In this document: positions 42,638 through 51,457 of the stretch, one piece after another
Layout of the letters: every line of letters starts with the position of its first letter
Position numbering within the stretch: position 1 is the first letter of the stretch
Sequence record: ON528725
Source: Shigella phage ESh15
Strand: one strand, 5' to 3'
Length of the DNA stretch: 64,000 nt
Notes under the pieces: model-generated
Told to the model about the DNA's origin: nothing
Seen by the model: the letters and a program-made list of their open reading frames with translations, nothing else
Databases searched by the model: none
Made by a program: the position numbers and the translations under genes

Positions 42638-42853
42638 TTACAAACTCATTTCTTTAATAAGGCTAATAAGTTTTGCCTTTTTAGAACGAAGCTTTTCTAA
42701 ATGATGTCCATTTGAACCGCGAACAACTAAAGAATTGATTTCAACTTCTAAGAAATTTAATTCTTCAACAAGTGCTTTACGTAGAGCATTCATACCAGGT
42801 TTAACTTTACCGAAACGAGTAGTTGTGTTTTGGGTTAATTTCATTTTAGACAT
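42638..42853 (-). CDS. Hypothetical small protein behind a duplicated motA-type promoter and leader
   Basis: 71 aa; leader and first codons (MSK) are copies of the motA leader. Confidence 0.45.
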   Translation of the reverse strand: MSKMKLTQNTTTRFGKVKPGMNALRKALVEELNFLEVEINSLVVRGSNGHHLEKLRSKKAKLISLIKEMSL

Positions 42854-42921
42854 TTTATTTCTCCAATTTGGTTGTTTTGTTTTGATAGGTCTATAATATC
42901 ATGTTTGAAGCACATGTAAAC
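42848..42921 (-). repeat. Direct repeat copy 2: duplicated promoter plus leader
   Basis: About 70 bp nearly identical to 42529-42600. Confidence 0.7.
42886..42921 (-). promoter_or_regulatory. Duplicate of the motA promoter cassette, upstream of ORF 42638-42853
   Basis: Near-identical copy of 42565-42600. Confidence 0.55.
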
Positions 42922-42947
42922 TGTTTTGTGAGAAAAAATGCACAAAA

Positions 42948-42963
42948 GGGAGCCGAAGCTCCC
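42948..42963 (-). terminator. Intrinsic terminator after gene 52
   Basis: GGGAGC-CGAA-GCTCCC followed by a U-run in the minus-strand transcript. Confidence 0.6.
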
Positions 42964-43039
42964 TAATCGCGATTGTCCAACCAATACAGCCAAATCACTA
43001 GTACAGCTATTGCACCGAGAAATCCTAAGGCTAGGGCAC

Positions 43040-44365
43040 TCAAAGTGCCTCCAAGTCTTTAGTGTACTCTGTCACAACATCAGTAGACTTCCAATACTCA
43101 TTTTCTTCTTTCTTAGCTTTAGCTTCTTCTGCTAGTTTACGTGCTTCATCGGAAGTGATATGGAAGATGTTAAGACCTACCAGTTTATCGACATGTTCTT
43201 TATACATTTCTATTTGTGCTAGCTCTTCAGTCAAAGCTTTACGAGTCTTGCCCTGAATCACAATTTCGCCATTGATAACTTTTTTGATGAAGTGTGCCTT
43301 AGCAAAAGCAAGTTTAAATGCTTTTTCAGATTCAAGGATTTTGTTGTCAATACGTTTCTGAACGTAAGTCTTACGGACTTCAACAAAATCTTTGATTAAG
43401 TCTACTACATTATCGTAGACCGCTAATTTACCCTTTTCATTAATCACTGTGATGTTTTGTGAACGACGTTCGATGAGGCTAAAATCTTTCATGATTTTTT
43501 CATGACGTAGCTCTTCATCGTCTGGAAGCGAGTACTCTTTACGGAACTTCACCTTAAACCCAAAGCCGTGTTCACCACAATCATCTTCCCATGAGATTAG
43601 ACCTTTATCTTCTAATGGGTCAAGAACCTTACTCACATACGTTTCACGGTCGAATTTATATGGTATTTCGGTTATCTGCATTTGAGTACGAGATGTGAAC
43701 TTATATGTTCCGTGAATCTCATAACGCCCATCAACTTCATGCACTTCACCACGGAATTCTGGAAATTCAACTTTTGGCTTAGCGACATTTTTACCTTGAA
43801 GAGCTTGTAATACAGCCTTTTTGACAGATTTAAAACTATGAGGCAGAATATTTGTTGCGTAACCGGTTGCAATACCAGAGACACCATTCAAAAGAACTGT
43901 CGGAATAATAGGAAGATAGAATTTTGGTGGAACGTGTTCTTTATCTTCATGAGCTGGAGCATATTCAGTATCTTTATAGACATTATAGAAATTTTTACTT
44001 ACACGAGCAAAAATATAACGAGATGCTGCAGCTTTTTGGACTGTTCGAGAACCAAAGTTGCCTTGACCATCTAATAGTGGATAGTTGTTATTCCATGTGT
44101 TAGCCATCAATGCACCTGCATCTTGTGCAGAAGATTCACCATGGTGATAACCTAAATCTGCAACACCGCCTGCAATTGACGCAAGTTTATGAAATTTTTC
44201 TTTATTACCACGAGCCAAATCTAATGCACGATGAACCACAAAACGTTGAACCGGCTTAAATCCATCAATCATATTTGGGATTGCACGGTTTTCAACGGTG
44301 TACATCGCATATGCTAAGGCTTCGTTATCAATAATACTTTTTAGATTACGAGAATTCAATTGCAT
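43040..44365 (-). CDS. 52: DNA topoisomerase II medium subunit gp52 (GyrA-like)
   Basis: 441 aa (T4 gp52 442 aa); GyrA N-terminal signature (AMYTVENRAIPNMIDGFKPVQRF). Confidence 0.92.
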   Translation of the reverse strand: MQLNSRNLKSIIDNEALAYAMYTVENRAIPNMIDGFKPVQRFVVHRALDLARGNKEKFHKLASIAGGVADLGYHHGESSAQDAGALMANTWNNNYPLLDGQGNFGSRTVQKAAASRYIFARVSKNFYNVYKDTEYAPAHEDKEHVPPKFYLPIIPTVLLNGVSGIATGYATNILPHSFKSVKKAVLQALQGKNVAKPKVEFPEFRGEVHEVDGRYEIHGTYKFTSRTQMQITEIPYKFDRETYVSKVLDPLEDKGLISWEDDCGEHGFGFKVKFRKEYSLPDDEELRHEKIMKDFSLIERRSQNITVINEKGKLAVYDNVVDLIKDFVEVRKTYVQKRIDNKILESEKAFKLAFAKAHFIKKVINGEIVIQGKTRKALTEELAQIEMYKEHVDKLVGLNIFHITSDEARKLAEEAKAKKEENEYWKSTDVVTEYTKDLEAL

Positions 44366-44474
44366 ATTTTCACCATATTAATGAACGAATATCCATTATA
44401 ACATCTGAAATGAAAAGCACTACTTGGATTAGTCCAAACATCACACCGTAGTACAGAACCGTAAGCAACAACAA

Positions 44475-44488
44475 GAGCCCGAAGGCTC
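44475..44488 (-). terminator. Hairpin terminator after the ac-like small gene
   Basis: GAGCC-CGAA-GGCTC followed by a U-rich tract in the minus-strand transcript. Confidence 0.5.
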
Positions 44489-44502
44489 CTGCTAAGATTT
44501 TC

Positions 44503-44655
44503 TTAATCATTACTCGCCTTTTAACACGTTAAAAAGAGCTAAGACCGCTAAGGTGCCTTGTGATACGGCCTGTTGAAATACCGTTGTTTCGCCTGTAACT
44601 AAAGTGTTAACGAATAAAAACGACCAACACAACAATGCAATAATCCATGATACCA
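44503..44655 (-). CDS. Small hydrophobic membrane protein (50 aa), not in the ORF track; occupies the position of T4 ac
   Basis: Hand-translated ATG ORF with GAGGT RBS; MVSWIIALLCWSFLFVNTLVTGETTVFQQAVSQGTLAVLALFNVLKASND; followed by a hairpin and U-run. Confidence 0.45.
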
Positions 44656-44708
44656 TTTTAATTACCTCAAAAATAAATTAAAGGCCTAACTTAATAGGCC
44701 TGTATAAA

Positions 44709-45155
44709 TTAGTAACTCTGCAGAATGAATTTGAAATTATCGGCCAGAAGACGGTTCATTTCAGTGAGTGTTTGATATTCTGATGTATGGTTGCGAGTGA
44801 ACGCTAGAGCCAATTGTCCTTTACCATAACCAGTAGTCAGAGGTTTCATGTTCTTAGCTGAAACAAAGATTACATCGTATTCAATATTGTTAGTGCCCAT
44901 GGTACGAGCCAGTTGTGAACGGCCTTGACGAATGTGAGAAAGAATTGCATCCAACCCTTGTTTAGAACGTTGACGTCCTACAAAGAATCGTGCTGCTACT
45001 TGACGCCAGTCAGATGAACCTTTAACAAAGAAGTAAAAACCTTCACGAGAACGAAACTCTTTAGAAACTTCAGAACCATATTCGCCATTACGAACTACTG
45101 CAACAACTTCACCGCCAACTGCCAGAAGGTCTTTACGAGTTAAATATTTGGTCAT
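44709..45155 (-). CDS. ndd: Nucleoid disruption protein Ndd
   Basis: 148 aa (T4 Ndd 151 aa); long matches to remembered T4 Ndd ([64 protein letters not shown]). Confidence 0.85.
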   Translation of the reverse strand: MTKYLTRKDLLAVGGEVVAVVRNGEYGSEVSKEFRSREGFYFFVKGSSDWRQVAARFFVGRQRSKQGLDAILSHIRQGRSQLARTMGTNNIEYDVIFVSAKNMKPLTTGYGKGQLALAFTRNHTSEYQTLTEMNRLLADNFKFILQSY

Positions 45156-45231
45156 GCTAATTTCCTCAATTGATTAATGTTTTTGTAATCCATGAGAGCA
45201 TTATACTCTGCTCTCAAGAGTTTGTACAATT

Positions 45232-45432
45232 TTATTCAGTAATATCAGAACGTTCAAAAAGCTCTTCAACAGTTAAACATTCGGTGTCATCTTCAATAAA
45301 GAATCGAGTCCAACACGTTGGGGCGATACAGTTATGAGTTTGTCCTGCGATAGAAGCTACACGAATAAGCTGCTGACCATTATTCAGAACAAATTTTTCA
45401 CCAATTTCAACATCTTTAAAAAGCTTAGCCAT
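45232..45432 (-). CDS. Hypothetical small protein
   Basis: 66 aa minus-strand ORF with early promoter cassette upstream. Confidence 0.45.
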   Translation of the reverse strand: MAKLFKDVEIGEKFVLNNGQQLIRVASIAGQTHNCIAPTCWTRFFIEDDTECLTVEELFERSDITE

Positions 45433-45449
45433 TTTGTGTTCCTCATGTT

Positions 45450-45490
45450 TTGATAGGACTACTATACCATAATCCTACCGTAATGTAAAC
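45450..45490 (-). promoter_or_regulatory. Early promoter cassette
   Basis: Plus strand GATAGGACTACTATACCATAATCCTACCGTAATGTAAAC; upstream of ORF 45232-45432. Confidence 0.5.
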
Positions 45491-45682
45491 AATTAAATTA
45501 CGTTAAAATATGTTAAAGCCAACCATGTTCCAGTGAACGAACATGCAATGTAAAAACCAGTATCACAAATTGTTCTTAGTACAATAAGAAGTGCATTTTT
45601 CATAAGTACCTCAATGCAATTGAAAATATTATACAAATCATAGGGATACTAAGCAACCATATTCCGATCCACATTTTAGAAC

Positions 45683-45946
45683 TCATATCTCAACTTCCGC
45701 GAGTTCCATATATCCTTTGTTGATAACCTCTTTAAGGTCTTTAGAAAGAATAACACCAAAATGGTCGTTCATATGTCCATTAACCAGACGAGTTATTTCG
45801 GCTTCAGATGACATATAAGGCACGTCCGAGTCCCAATGAGATAGACCTAAATGGGTATAAATCATCCCTTCGTCATCTGCGGTGTTGTACATTGAAACAA
45901 ATTCGCCGGTTACTTTATGTTTTGCGTAGAAAAATTTAAATTTCAT
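45683..45946 (-). CDS. Hypothetical small protein
   Basis: 87 aa minus-strand ORF with early promoter cassette upstream; two coupled micro-ORFs follow. Confidence 0.45.
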   Translation of the reverse strand: MKFKFFYAKHKVTGEFVSMYNTADDEGMIYTHLGLSHWDSDVPYMSSEAEITRLVNGHMNDHFGVILSKDLKEVINKGYMELAEVEI

Positions 45947-45964
45947 GATGTTATCCTCTTTTAG

Positions 45965-46002
45965 ATAGGACTACTGTATCATAGTCCTACTTAGTTGTAA
46001 AC
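45965..46002 (-). promoter_or_regulatory. Early promoter cassette
   Basis: Plus strand GATAGGACTACTGTATCATAGTCCTAC...GTAAAC; upstream of ORF 45683-45946. Confidence 0.5.
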
Positions 46003-46014
46003 ACTTTTATGAAA

Positions 46015-46572
46015 TTAAAGTTGAAGATACCATCCGTTGTAGTTGCTCTTGCGGACGATTTTCTTTAGGTCTTCATGGTCTCCCACGAACTTTATAGAAT
46101 AAGAGAAGACGTCAGGTGAGGTTTCTTTGACATTCAATATAATAATACAGTCTGCAACTCGATGATTCAGGAAGGGCCCTATGTTGATTCCGTTGCCACC
46201 TGGATAATCACCGCTGTATCCTGTGGTAACAGAAATCCATTTAGAATCCATCTGATGTGTCTTGACTTCTACACGAATTCCACAATATTTAGGATGGGCT
46301 AACACGTCCCACGCATATGTGTACGGGTCTTCTACGTCTTCATTACCTTTATTAACATATCCGTCTAGCCAATTTGCTACTACATACTCTGCAAAGACTG
46401 CAACCTTACAACGTCGAACTACATCTTCTTTGTTTTGGTCTGGATTTTGGCTCAGGGAATACCGAGCAGTGTCAGCAATCTTCACTTTCATTTCACTAGT
46501 CAAAAACTCATTCGACAGGATAAATGTCGGAAGATTCTTCAGTCTCAACAGTCCCAAGTTCGTCTTTACCAT
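46015..46572 (-). CDS. Putative endonuclease IV (DenB-position); start set at internal ATG giving 185 aa
   Basis: Position between ndd and rIIB and length equal to T4 DenB; sequence identity not verifiable from memory. Confidence 0.45.
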   Translation of the reverse strand: MVKTNLGLLRLKNLPTFILSNEFLTSEMKVKIADTARYSLSQNPDQNKEDVVRRCKVAVFAEYVVANWLDGYVNKGNEDVEDPYTYAWDVLAHPKYCGIRVEVKTHQMDSKWISVTTGYSGDYPGGNGINIGPFLNHRVADCIIILNVKETSPDVFSYSIKFVGDHEDLKKIVRKSNYNGWYLQL

Positions 46573-46834
46573 AGATACCTCTGATGTGTAGTTCGCCAAA
46601 ATAAATGCGGTCACCTTCTTCAAGATATTCAGCATCTACAGGTGGAATTTCATTAACAACTTCGTCACATTCTAACCAGCCATAGTGTGCATCACCAGGA
46701 TGTTTTACTAATTTAGCACAATAAACTGATTTACACTTATGATGACCACGAAGATTAGCAATTTTGGATTCTGATACGTCAAATGGATGAATCATAATTA
46801 CCCCTAAAGAAAAAAAGGGGACCGAAGTCCCCAA
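46508..46834 (-). CDS. Possible small protein between rIIB and the DenB-like gene
   Basis: 108 aa track ORF overlapping the 5' end of the DenB-like ORF; boundaries unresolved. Confidence 0.3.
   Translation of the reverse strand: MGTSVPFFSLGVIMIHPFDVSESKIANLRGHHKCKSVYCAKLVKHPGDAHYGWLECDEVVNEIPPVDAEYLEEGDRIYFGELHIRGIYGKDELGTVETEESSDIYPVE
46816..46831 (-). terminator. Strong intrinsic terminator after rIIB
   Basis: GGGGAC-CGAA-GTCCCC followed by UUUUUUU in the minus-strand transcript. Confidence 0.7.
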
Positions 46835-46837
46835 TTA

Positions 46838-47785
46838 TTATTCTGCAAATAATTCAGTAACGTCTGAAATTACTTCATAACGACAAGTACGCATCTTAGC
46901 ATCACCGTAGTCAACCGGGATTGATACAACATCACGTGGATGAACTTTAACCTTAACAACTTTATCTGAGCTTGAACCAAAGTGGCGAATATAAGATTTA
47001 GCACAAACATGTAGACCACGGGAACAAGTTTGAGTATCATCATCGTTAACACGAGTACGAGGCATTGAAACAACTTTACCTGGGGAGTTATCAAATGTAC
47101 CACTATAACAGTCTAAATAGTCCTTACGAACTACTTTCCACGCATAGAAATACCCATCTTCAGTGATTTCAATATCATTTGCAACCAAGAAGTCGAATAA
47201 ACGTTGTACAGCTTTTTCGCTTGGGTTTTCTAACAGGTTTTCAAGGAACGGCAGATAGAATTTAAAGTCTTCGCCTTTTTCCATGGAATCAATAATACGA
47301 TTAACCAGTCCTGAACGAATTTCTATACCTTGATAAAATAAACTACCACCTTCAATAGTAACATTACCATCAACAAACTTACTAATAGCTTTCTTGATGT
47401 TAATAAGTTCGACAGCTTTACTAAGGTTTCCTGCGACCAGATTAGCTTTAATTTCTTCAAAATTTGCATGGCTTGATGGGGTCGCATTGTATGCTACGCG
47501 TCCTTCAATAATTGAAATAAATTTAGATGACGCGTTCCATACGATTTCAGGACGATGTCCGCCGATAATAGGTTCATCATTTTCTGGAACTTCTTCGATT
47601 ACATAAGAGGCATCGTTTGCTTCAGGGACAACGCCTTCTGCTTTAAAATTCTTAACAATCTTACGAAGAGTATCTGTTGAAATGTCGAAGTAATCGGCAA
47701 TTTCTTTACGAGTCCATTTGCCTGATTCAACCAGGCCGTAAGCTTCTAACTGTTCTTCTTGGGACAAGCATTTGATATTGTACAT
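46838..47785 (-). CDS. rIIB: rIIB protein (membrane-associated, counteracts Rex-type exclusion)
   Basis: 315 aa (T4 rIIB 312 aa); immediately downstream of rIIA; strong terminator follows. Confidence 0.85.
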   Translation of the reverse strand: MYNIKCLSQEEQLEAYGLVESGKWTRKEIADYFDISTDTLRKIVKNFKAEGVVPEANDASYVIEEVPENDEPIIGGHRPEIVWNASSKFISIIEGRVAYNATPSSHANFEEIKANLVAGNLSKAVELINIKKAISKFVDGNVTIEGGSLFYQGIEIRSGLVNRIIDSMEKGEDFKFYLPFLENLLENPSEKAVQRLFDFLVANDIEITEDGYFYAWKVVRKDYLDCYSGTFDNSPGKVVSMPRTRVNDDDTQTCSRGLHVCAKSYIRHFGSSSDKVVKVKVHPRDVVSIPVDYGDAKMRTCRYEVISDVTELFAE

Positions 47786-47794
47786 AATGTTTCC

Positions 47795-50008
47795 TTATTT
47801 GGCCGCTTCTACGGCCTTCATGAATTTAACGATTTGAGCGACCTGTTCTTTAGAAAGAGTACCACGTCGTCCCATGTATTCTGACACAATATGATAATTG
47901 GTTTCGAATTCAATAACCATTTTATCATCATTATCGTAAGCATTATCTTTAAGCTTATCGAAAATTTTAGCACACAATTCTAACTTCCTGTTAAGGTCTC
48001 TGTTATCAGCACCTGCGAATCGATTCCATCCCCAACGATTATTTACTGTTGAGAGTTTTGCAAAATCTTTACTGATTTCTTTGTTTTTAGAGCTAAAATA
48101 CTTACTAAGGAAGTTAAGCTCTTCATTACGAGTAATATGATTCAAATAAGGTTGAGCTCTACGACTTGGTGATACATACTCATCATAATCCACTTTATCG
48201 ATTAGCGTAATATAGTCATTAATTGATTTTTCGAACAAGCATTCTACTTCACCAAGTTTACGAACTTTCTTAGCAATCTGTGGACGAACTACAGTGAACT
48301 CTTTAATACCTGACAAATCAGCAATACGAGTCAAGAAATTGGAGTCATAGTTCAACCAACCTTTATCTGCATCAAGACATTCAGCATTAGAACGATTACG
48401 AACTATAGCATAACCTTGGATTTCATCTGCTTCACTCGCCGGAATAAAGAGGTCTTCTGATACCCAAACATTGTTTTCATTCTTAAAGAATCGATGAGCA
48501 CTTGGCGATTTAGGACGAGGCTCATTAGTCCGTTTCCTGACTTCAATCCATGGCTTAACGATTTGTAAAAGCTCTGAAGTCTTGTACATGTTAATGTTGT
48601 CGCCATCAAAGATAACTTTAAGGCGTTCCAGAAGTTTCATTGCATCTTCGTCTGTAGGGTCAACGAATAGTACGCTTTTACCAAAACCGCGTGGAACTTT
48701 ACCAGTTAATTTAACCTCGTCTTTAGACATTTCAATTGAATTAAGAGCTCGCATTAATGGAACGCGTCCCTTAACGTCGTCAATAACAATTTCAACATTT
48801 TTAATGTTAATGCCAATCAGACTGTTAATTGAAATGGTTGCCGTTGAGCTACCGCTTTCACGAATACGACGAAGACGAGGGGATTCAACGATATCGTATA
48901 CGACACCAAGATTACACCACTCAGGCCCCATTTTAAAACGTTTATACAACTCAGAATAAGTTAGTTGTTCTTTAGAGTATTTCAGTGATTCAATATTAGA
49001 CCCGGCCTTTTCCATGTATTTACGAGCGGTATAGCCAAGAGAATCAATTTCACGGAACACATGACGTGGGTATTTACAATCAATCCATTTCTTAGAATCT
49101 TCAGCGAACAATTTAGCATCGATTTCTGCAACGCGTTTATGGATATTTGCTACTGTACGTTTATCAAATGACAATGCTTCACGAGACGGAGCTACATCTA
49201 GTTCACCCATAGGGAATTTAATATAAGCTGTAGTGCATCGTGTCATCATCCATGTTTGTTCTTTAATAACACTTCCGATTGGATATACAATACCGCCATA
49301 AACAGCCATGATATTACCACGTTCACCCCATGGAGCTTCCTTGGCCAAATATACATCGTCAAATTCAGGGAAGTATTTAATATCTTTAACACCACGAACT
49401 TCTGCAATATCACCTAGAGGACGCATAACATATGCAATTTCGGATGCGAACTTTTCAAAATCTTCTGGGTTAACCGGTACAACTACTTCTACACCTGTAC
49501 GGTCGTCAGGACCCATCTTATCTACAAAGGTCGGCTTAATTTGTGGACCTGTGTCATCTTGGTAGATTACGTAACCACGAACTTCACCGTTGTGATAAGA
49601 CGTAAGGTTAAACGTATCGGTATATGCTAGCGGAGCTTTAGAACCGAGTCCGAATCCACCAATGAAATCGTTACTAGATGTTTTAGTTGAAGCAAAATAT
49701 GAGTTATAGATTCCTGGCTCTTCGTCATTACCTCTAATGGTGAAATCGCTCATACCAGGACCAAAGTCTCGAACTACAAAGCGTGGGTCTAAACGACCTG
49801 GAGCCTGAACAATAAACTTATCAGTGCAACCATTAAGAATTTGTCCATCAATACAGTTTGTGATTAATTCACGTACACAAGCCAATTCTTTGTTTGTATA
49901 AAGGTCATTAGACAAAATCTTATAAACTTTGCTATTGCCTTGAATAGTGAATGCTGTGCTCTTACCGCCTGAACCAATAATCGTTTCTTTAGACGTTTCA
50001 ATAATCAT
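47795..50008 (-). CDS. rIIA: rIIA protein
   Basis: 737 aa (T4 rIIA 725 aa); GHKL-type ATPase-like N-terminal region; adjacent to rIIB. Confidence 0.9.
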   Translation of the reverse strand: MIIETSKETIIGSGGKSTAFTIQGNSKVYKILSNDLYTNKELACVRELITNCIDGQILNGCTDKFIVQAPGRLDPRFVVRDFGPGMSDFTIRGNDEEPGIYNSYFASTKTSSNDFIGGFGLGSKAPLAYTDTFNLTSYHNGEVRGYVIYQDDTGPQIKPTFVDKMGPDDRTGVEVVVPVNPEDFEKFASEIAYVMRPLGDIAEVRGVKDIKYFPEFDDVYLAKEAPWGERGNIMAVYGGIVYPIGSVIKEQTWMMTRCTTAYIKFPMGELDVAPSREALSFDKRTVANIHKRVAEIDAKLFAEDSKKWIDCKYPRHVFREIDSLGYTARKYMEKAGSNIESLKYSKEQLTYSELYKRFKMGPEWCNLGVVYDIVESPRLRRIRESGSSTATISINSLIGINIKNVEIVIDDVKGRVPLMRALNSIEMSKDEVKLTGKVPRGFGKSVLFVDPTDEDAMKLLERLKVIFDGDNINMYKTSELLQIVKPWIEVRKRTNEPRPKSPSAHRFFKNENNVWVSEDLFIPASEADEIQGYAIVRNRSNAECLDADKGWLNYDSNFLTRIADLSGIKEFTVVRPQIAKKVRKLGEVECLFEKSINDYITLIDKVDYDEYVSPSRRAQPYLNHITRNEELNFLSKYFSSKNKEISKDFAKLSTVNNRWGWNRFAGADNRDLNRKLELCAKIFDKLKDNAYDNDDKMVIEFETNYHIVSEYMGRRGTLSKEQVAQIVKFMKAVEAAK

Positions 50009-50020
50009 ATTTTTCTCTCA

Positions 50021-50221
50021 TCACAAGTTACGTTTAAAAATTTCTGCTACTTCAAGAAGTTCTTCTTTAGTAGCTGTATCGGTTTGTATTTTATATCGAA
50101 TTTCTTTAAAGCGTTCTTTAAAGGACTCTGCTGACTCGATATCAAAAAATCTTTGGATAAGCCGGAATTCCCGGAGTACTGCTTTATCAAAAAGTTCCAA
50201 GTCCACGTTATATGTTCTCAT
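50021..50221 (-). CDS. Hypothetical small protein (rIIA.1-position)
   Basis: 66 aa minus-strand ORF upstream of rIIA. Confidence 0.45.
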   Translation of the reverse strand: MRTYNVDLELFDKAVLREFRLIQRFFDIESAESFKERFKEIRYKIQTDTATKEELLEVAEIFKRNL

Positions 50222-50313
50222 AATATTCTCTTCAGTAGATTCCTAGGGCACTATTACTAAAGACCATATAATCTATCATCTTATGTGTAATAGTGCCTCA
50301 GGCTATTCAGGAT

Positions 50314-51414
50314 TTACGCTGTGAAGATTTTATCCCACATCGCAACAACTGCATCTCGGTTATACTTCTTCCATACGGCTTCAGCACGTTTAACTCGAGC
50401 TTCGTATGTGTCAGTGAATTCTAATACAGCTTTTGTGTAAAGCGCAACTACTTCTTTCTTAGGAGTAGAGGAATCAATTTCTACACGCACAGTATCTGGG
50501 TCATATTCGAATGTCGCGTGCGGATAATCCTTAAAAACTAACTGAATCACAGGTACACCTTTAGAGATGGCTTCAATAGAACTATTCTCTACCGTACCCG
50601 TGTCAGGACACGTATTGATAAGTGCTTTAGCTGTTTTAAGACGTTCCATAATTTCACTGTGTGGAGCATCAATAATAACAGGATACTTGGCCGGTGGTGC
50701 CCATTTGCTTGGACAGTATCCTGCGCCATTTTCGCCTAATGCTTTAATCGCTTCAAGAGCAACATCAGTACGACGCATCTTAGTGTCATAACGTTGAGCA
50801 CTAATAATCAAATCAGTTGCTGGAAGAACTTCAGGTTTCTCATTCAAACAAATAACCGGATAATCTTCGGCTTCAAACAACGGATTTGCTCGCCAATAAT
50901 CATAATCAATTTTGTCAGTCAGTCCTGAAGTCATATAACAATATTTGCGTTCAAATTCACGGAAGGCTTTAGTAGGAGCATAACTCTTACCACCGTTCTT
51001 ATGAATTTGAATAGTCTGGTCCCAAATTTGAACAATGCCACGAGATACCGGTTCAAATGGTGTCGCCATAAAATTCTTATGAACTTTAGAGAGACCTGCG
51101 TCTTTAATTGCCTGAACGGTTAGTTTGGTCGGTTCCATTGTAACAACGAAATCGTACTCATTGATGCCGGCTAGTTCAACAATCTTACGAGCCATAGTAT
51201 AACTCATACCTAGACTGAATTTAGTCAGATGACCAACAGGATGATGATTAACCTTCCAGTCACCAAACGTGTCATTATCAAAACCGATATAATCAATATC
51301 AGCACCGATGGACACAAGATATTTCAATACATTTAAATGTACTGCTTCAAGACCACCTTGTACACGTTCAGGATTAAATGGGACTGCACGAGATGGGATA
51401 AACATAACTTTCAT
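50314..51414 (-). CDS. GT-B fold (GT4-like) glycosyltransferase, candidate DNA sugar-modification enzyme
   Basis: 366 aa; N-terminal Rossmann-like start with GGLE motif (MKVMFIPSRAVPFNPERVQGGLEAV) and C-terminal donor-binding-like block (GTVENSSIEAISKGVPVIQ) typical of retaining GT-B transferases. Confidence 0.6.
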   Translation of the reverse strand: MKVMFIPSRAVPFNPERVQGGLEAVHLNVLKYLVSIGADIDYIGFDNDTFGDWKVNHHPVGHLTKFSLGMSYTMARKIVELAGINEYDFVVTMEPTKLTVQAIKDAGLSKVHKNFMATPFEPVSRGIVQIWDQTIQIHKNGGKSYAPTKAFREFERKYCYMTSGLTDKIDYDYWRANPLFEAEDYPVICLNEKPEVLPATDLIISAQRYDTKMRRTDVALEAIKALGENGAGYCPSKWAPPAKYPVIIDAPHSEIMERLKTAKALINTCPDTGTVENSSIEAISKGVPVIQLVFKDYPHATFEYDPDTVRVEIDSSTPKKEVVALYTKAVLEFTDTYEARVKRAEAVWKKYNRDAVVAMWDKIFTA

Positions 51415-51441
51415 AATTAAGCCTTATTAAAATTAAAATGA

Positions 51442-51457
51442 AGCTCCCGAAGGAGCT
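51442..51457 (-). terminator. Hairpin terminator at the 3' end of gene 39
   Basis: AGCTCC-CGAA-GGAGCT followed by a U-rich tract in the minus-strand transcript. Confidence 0.55.
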
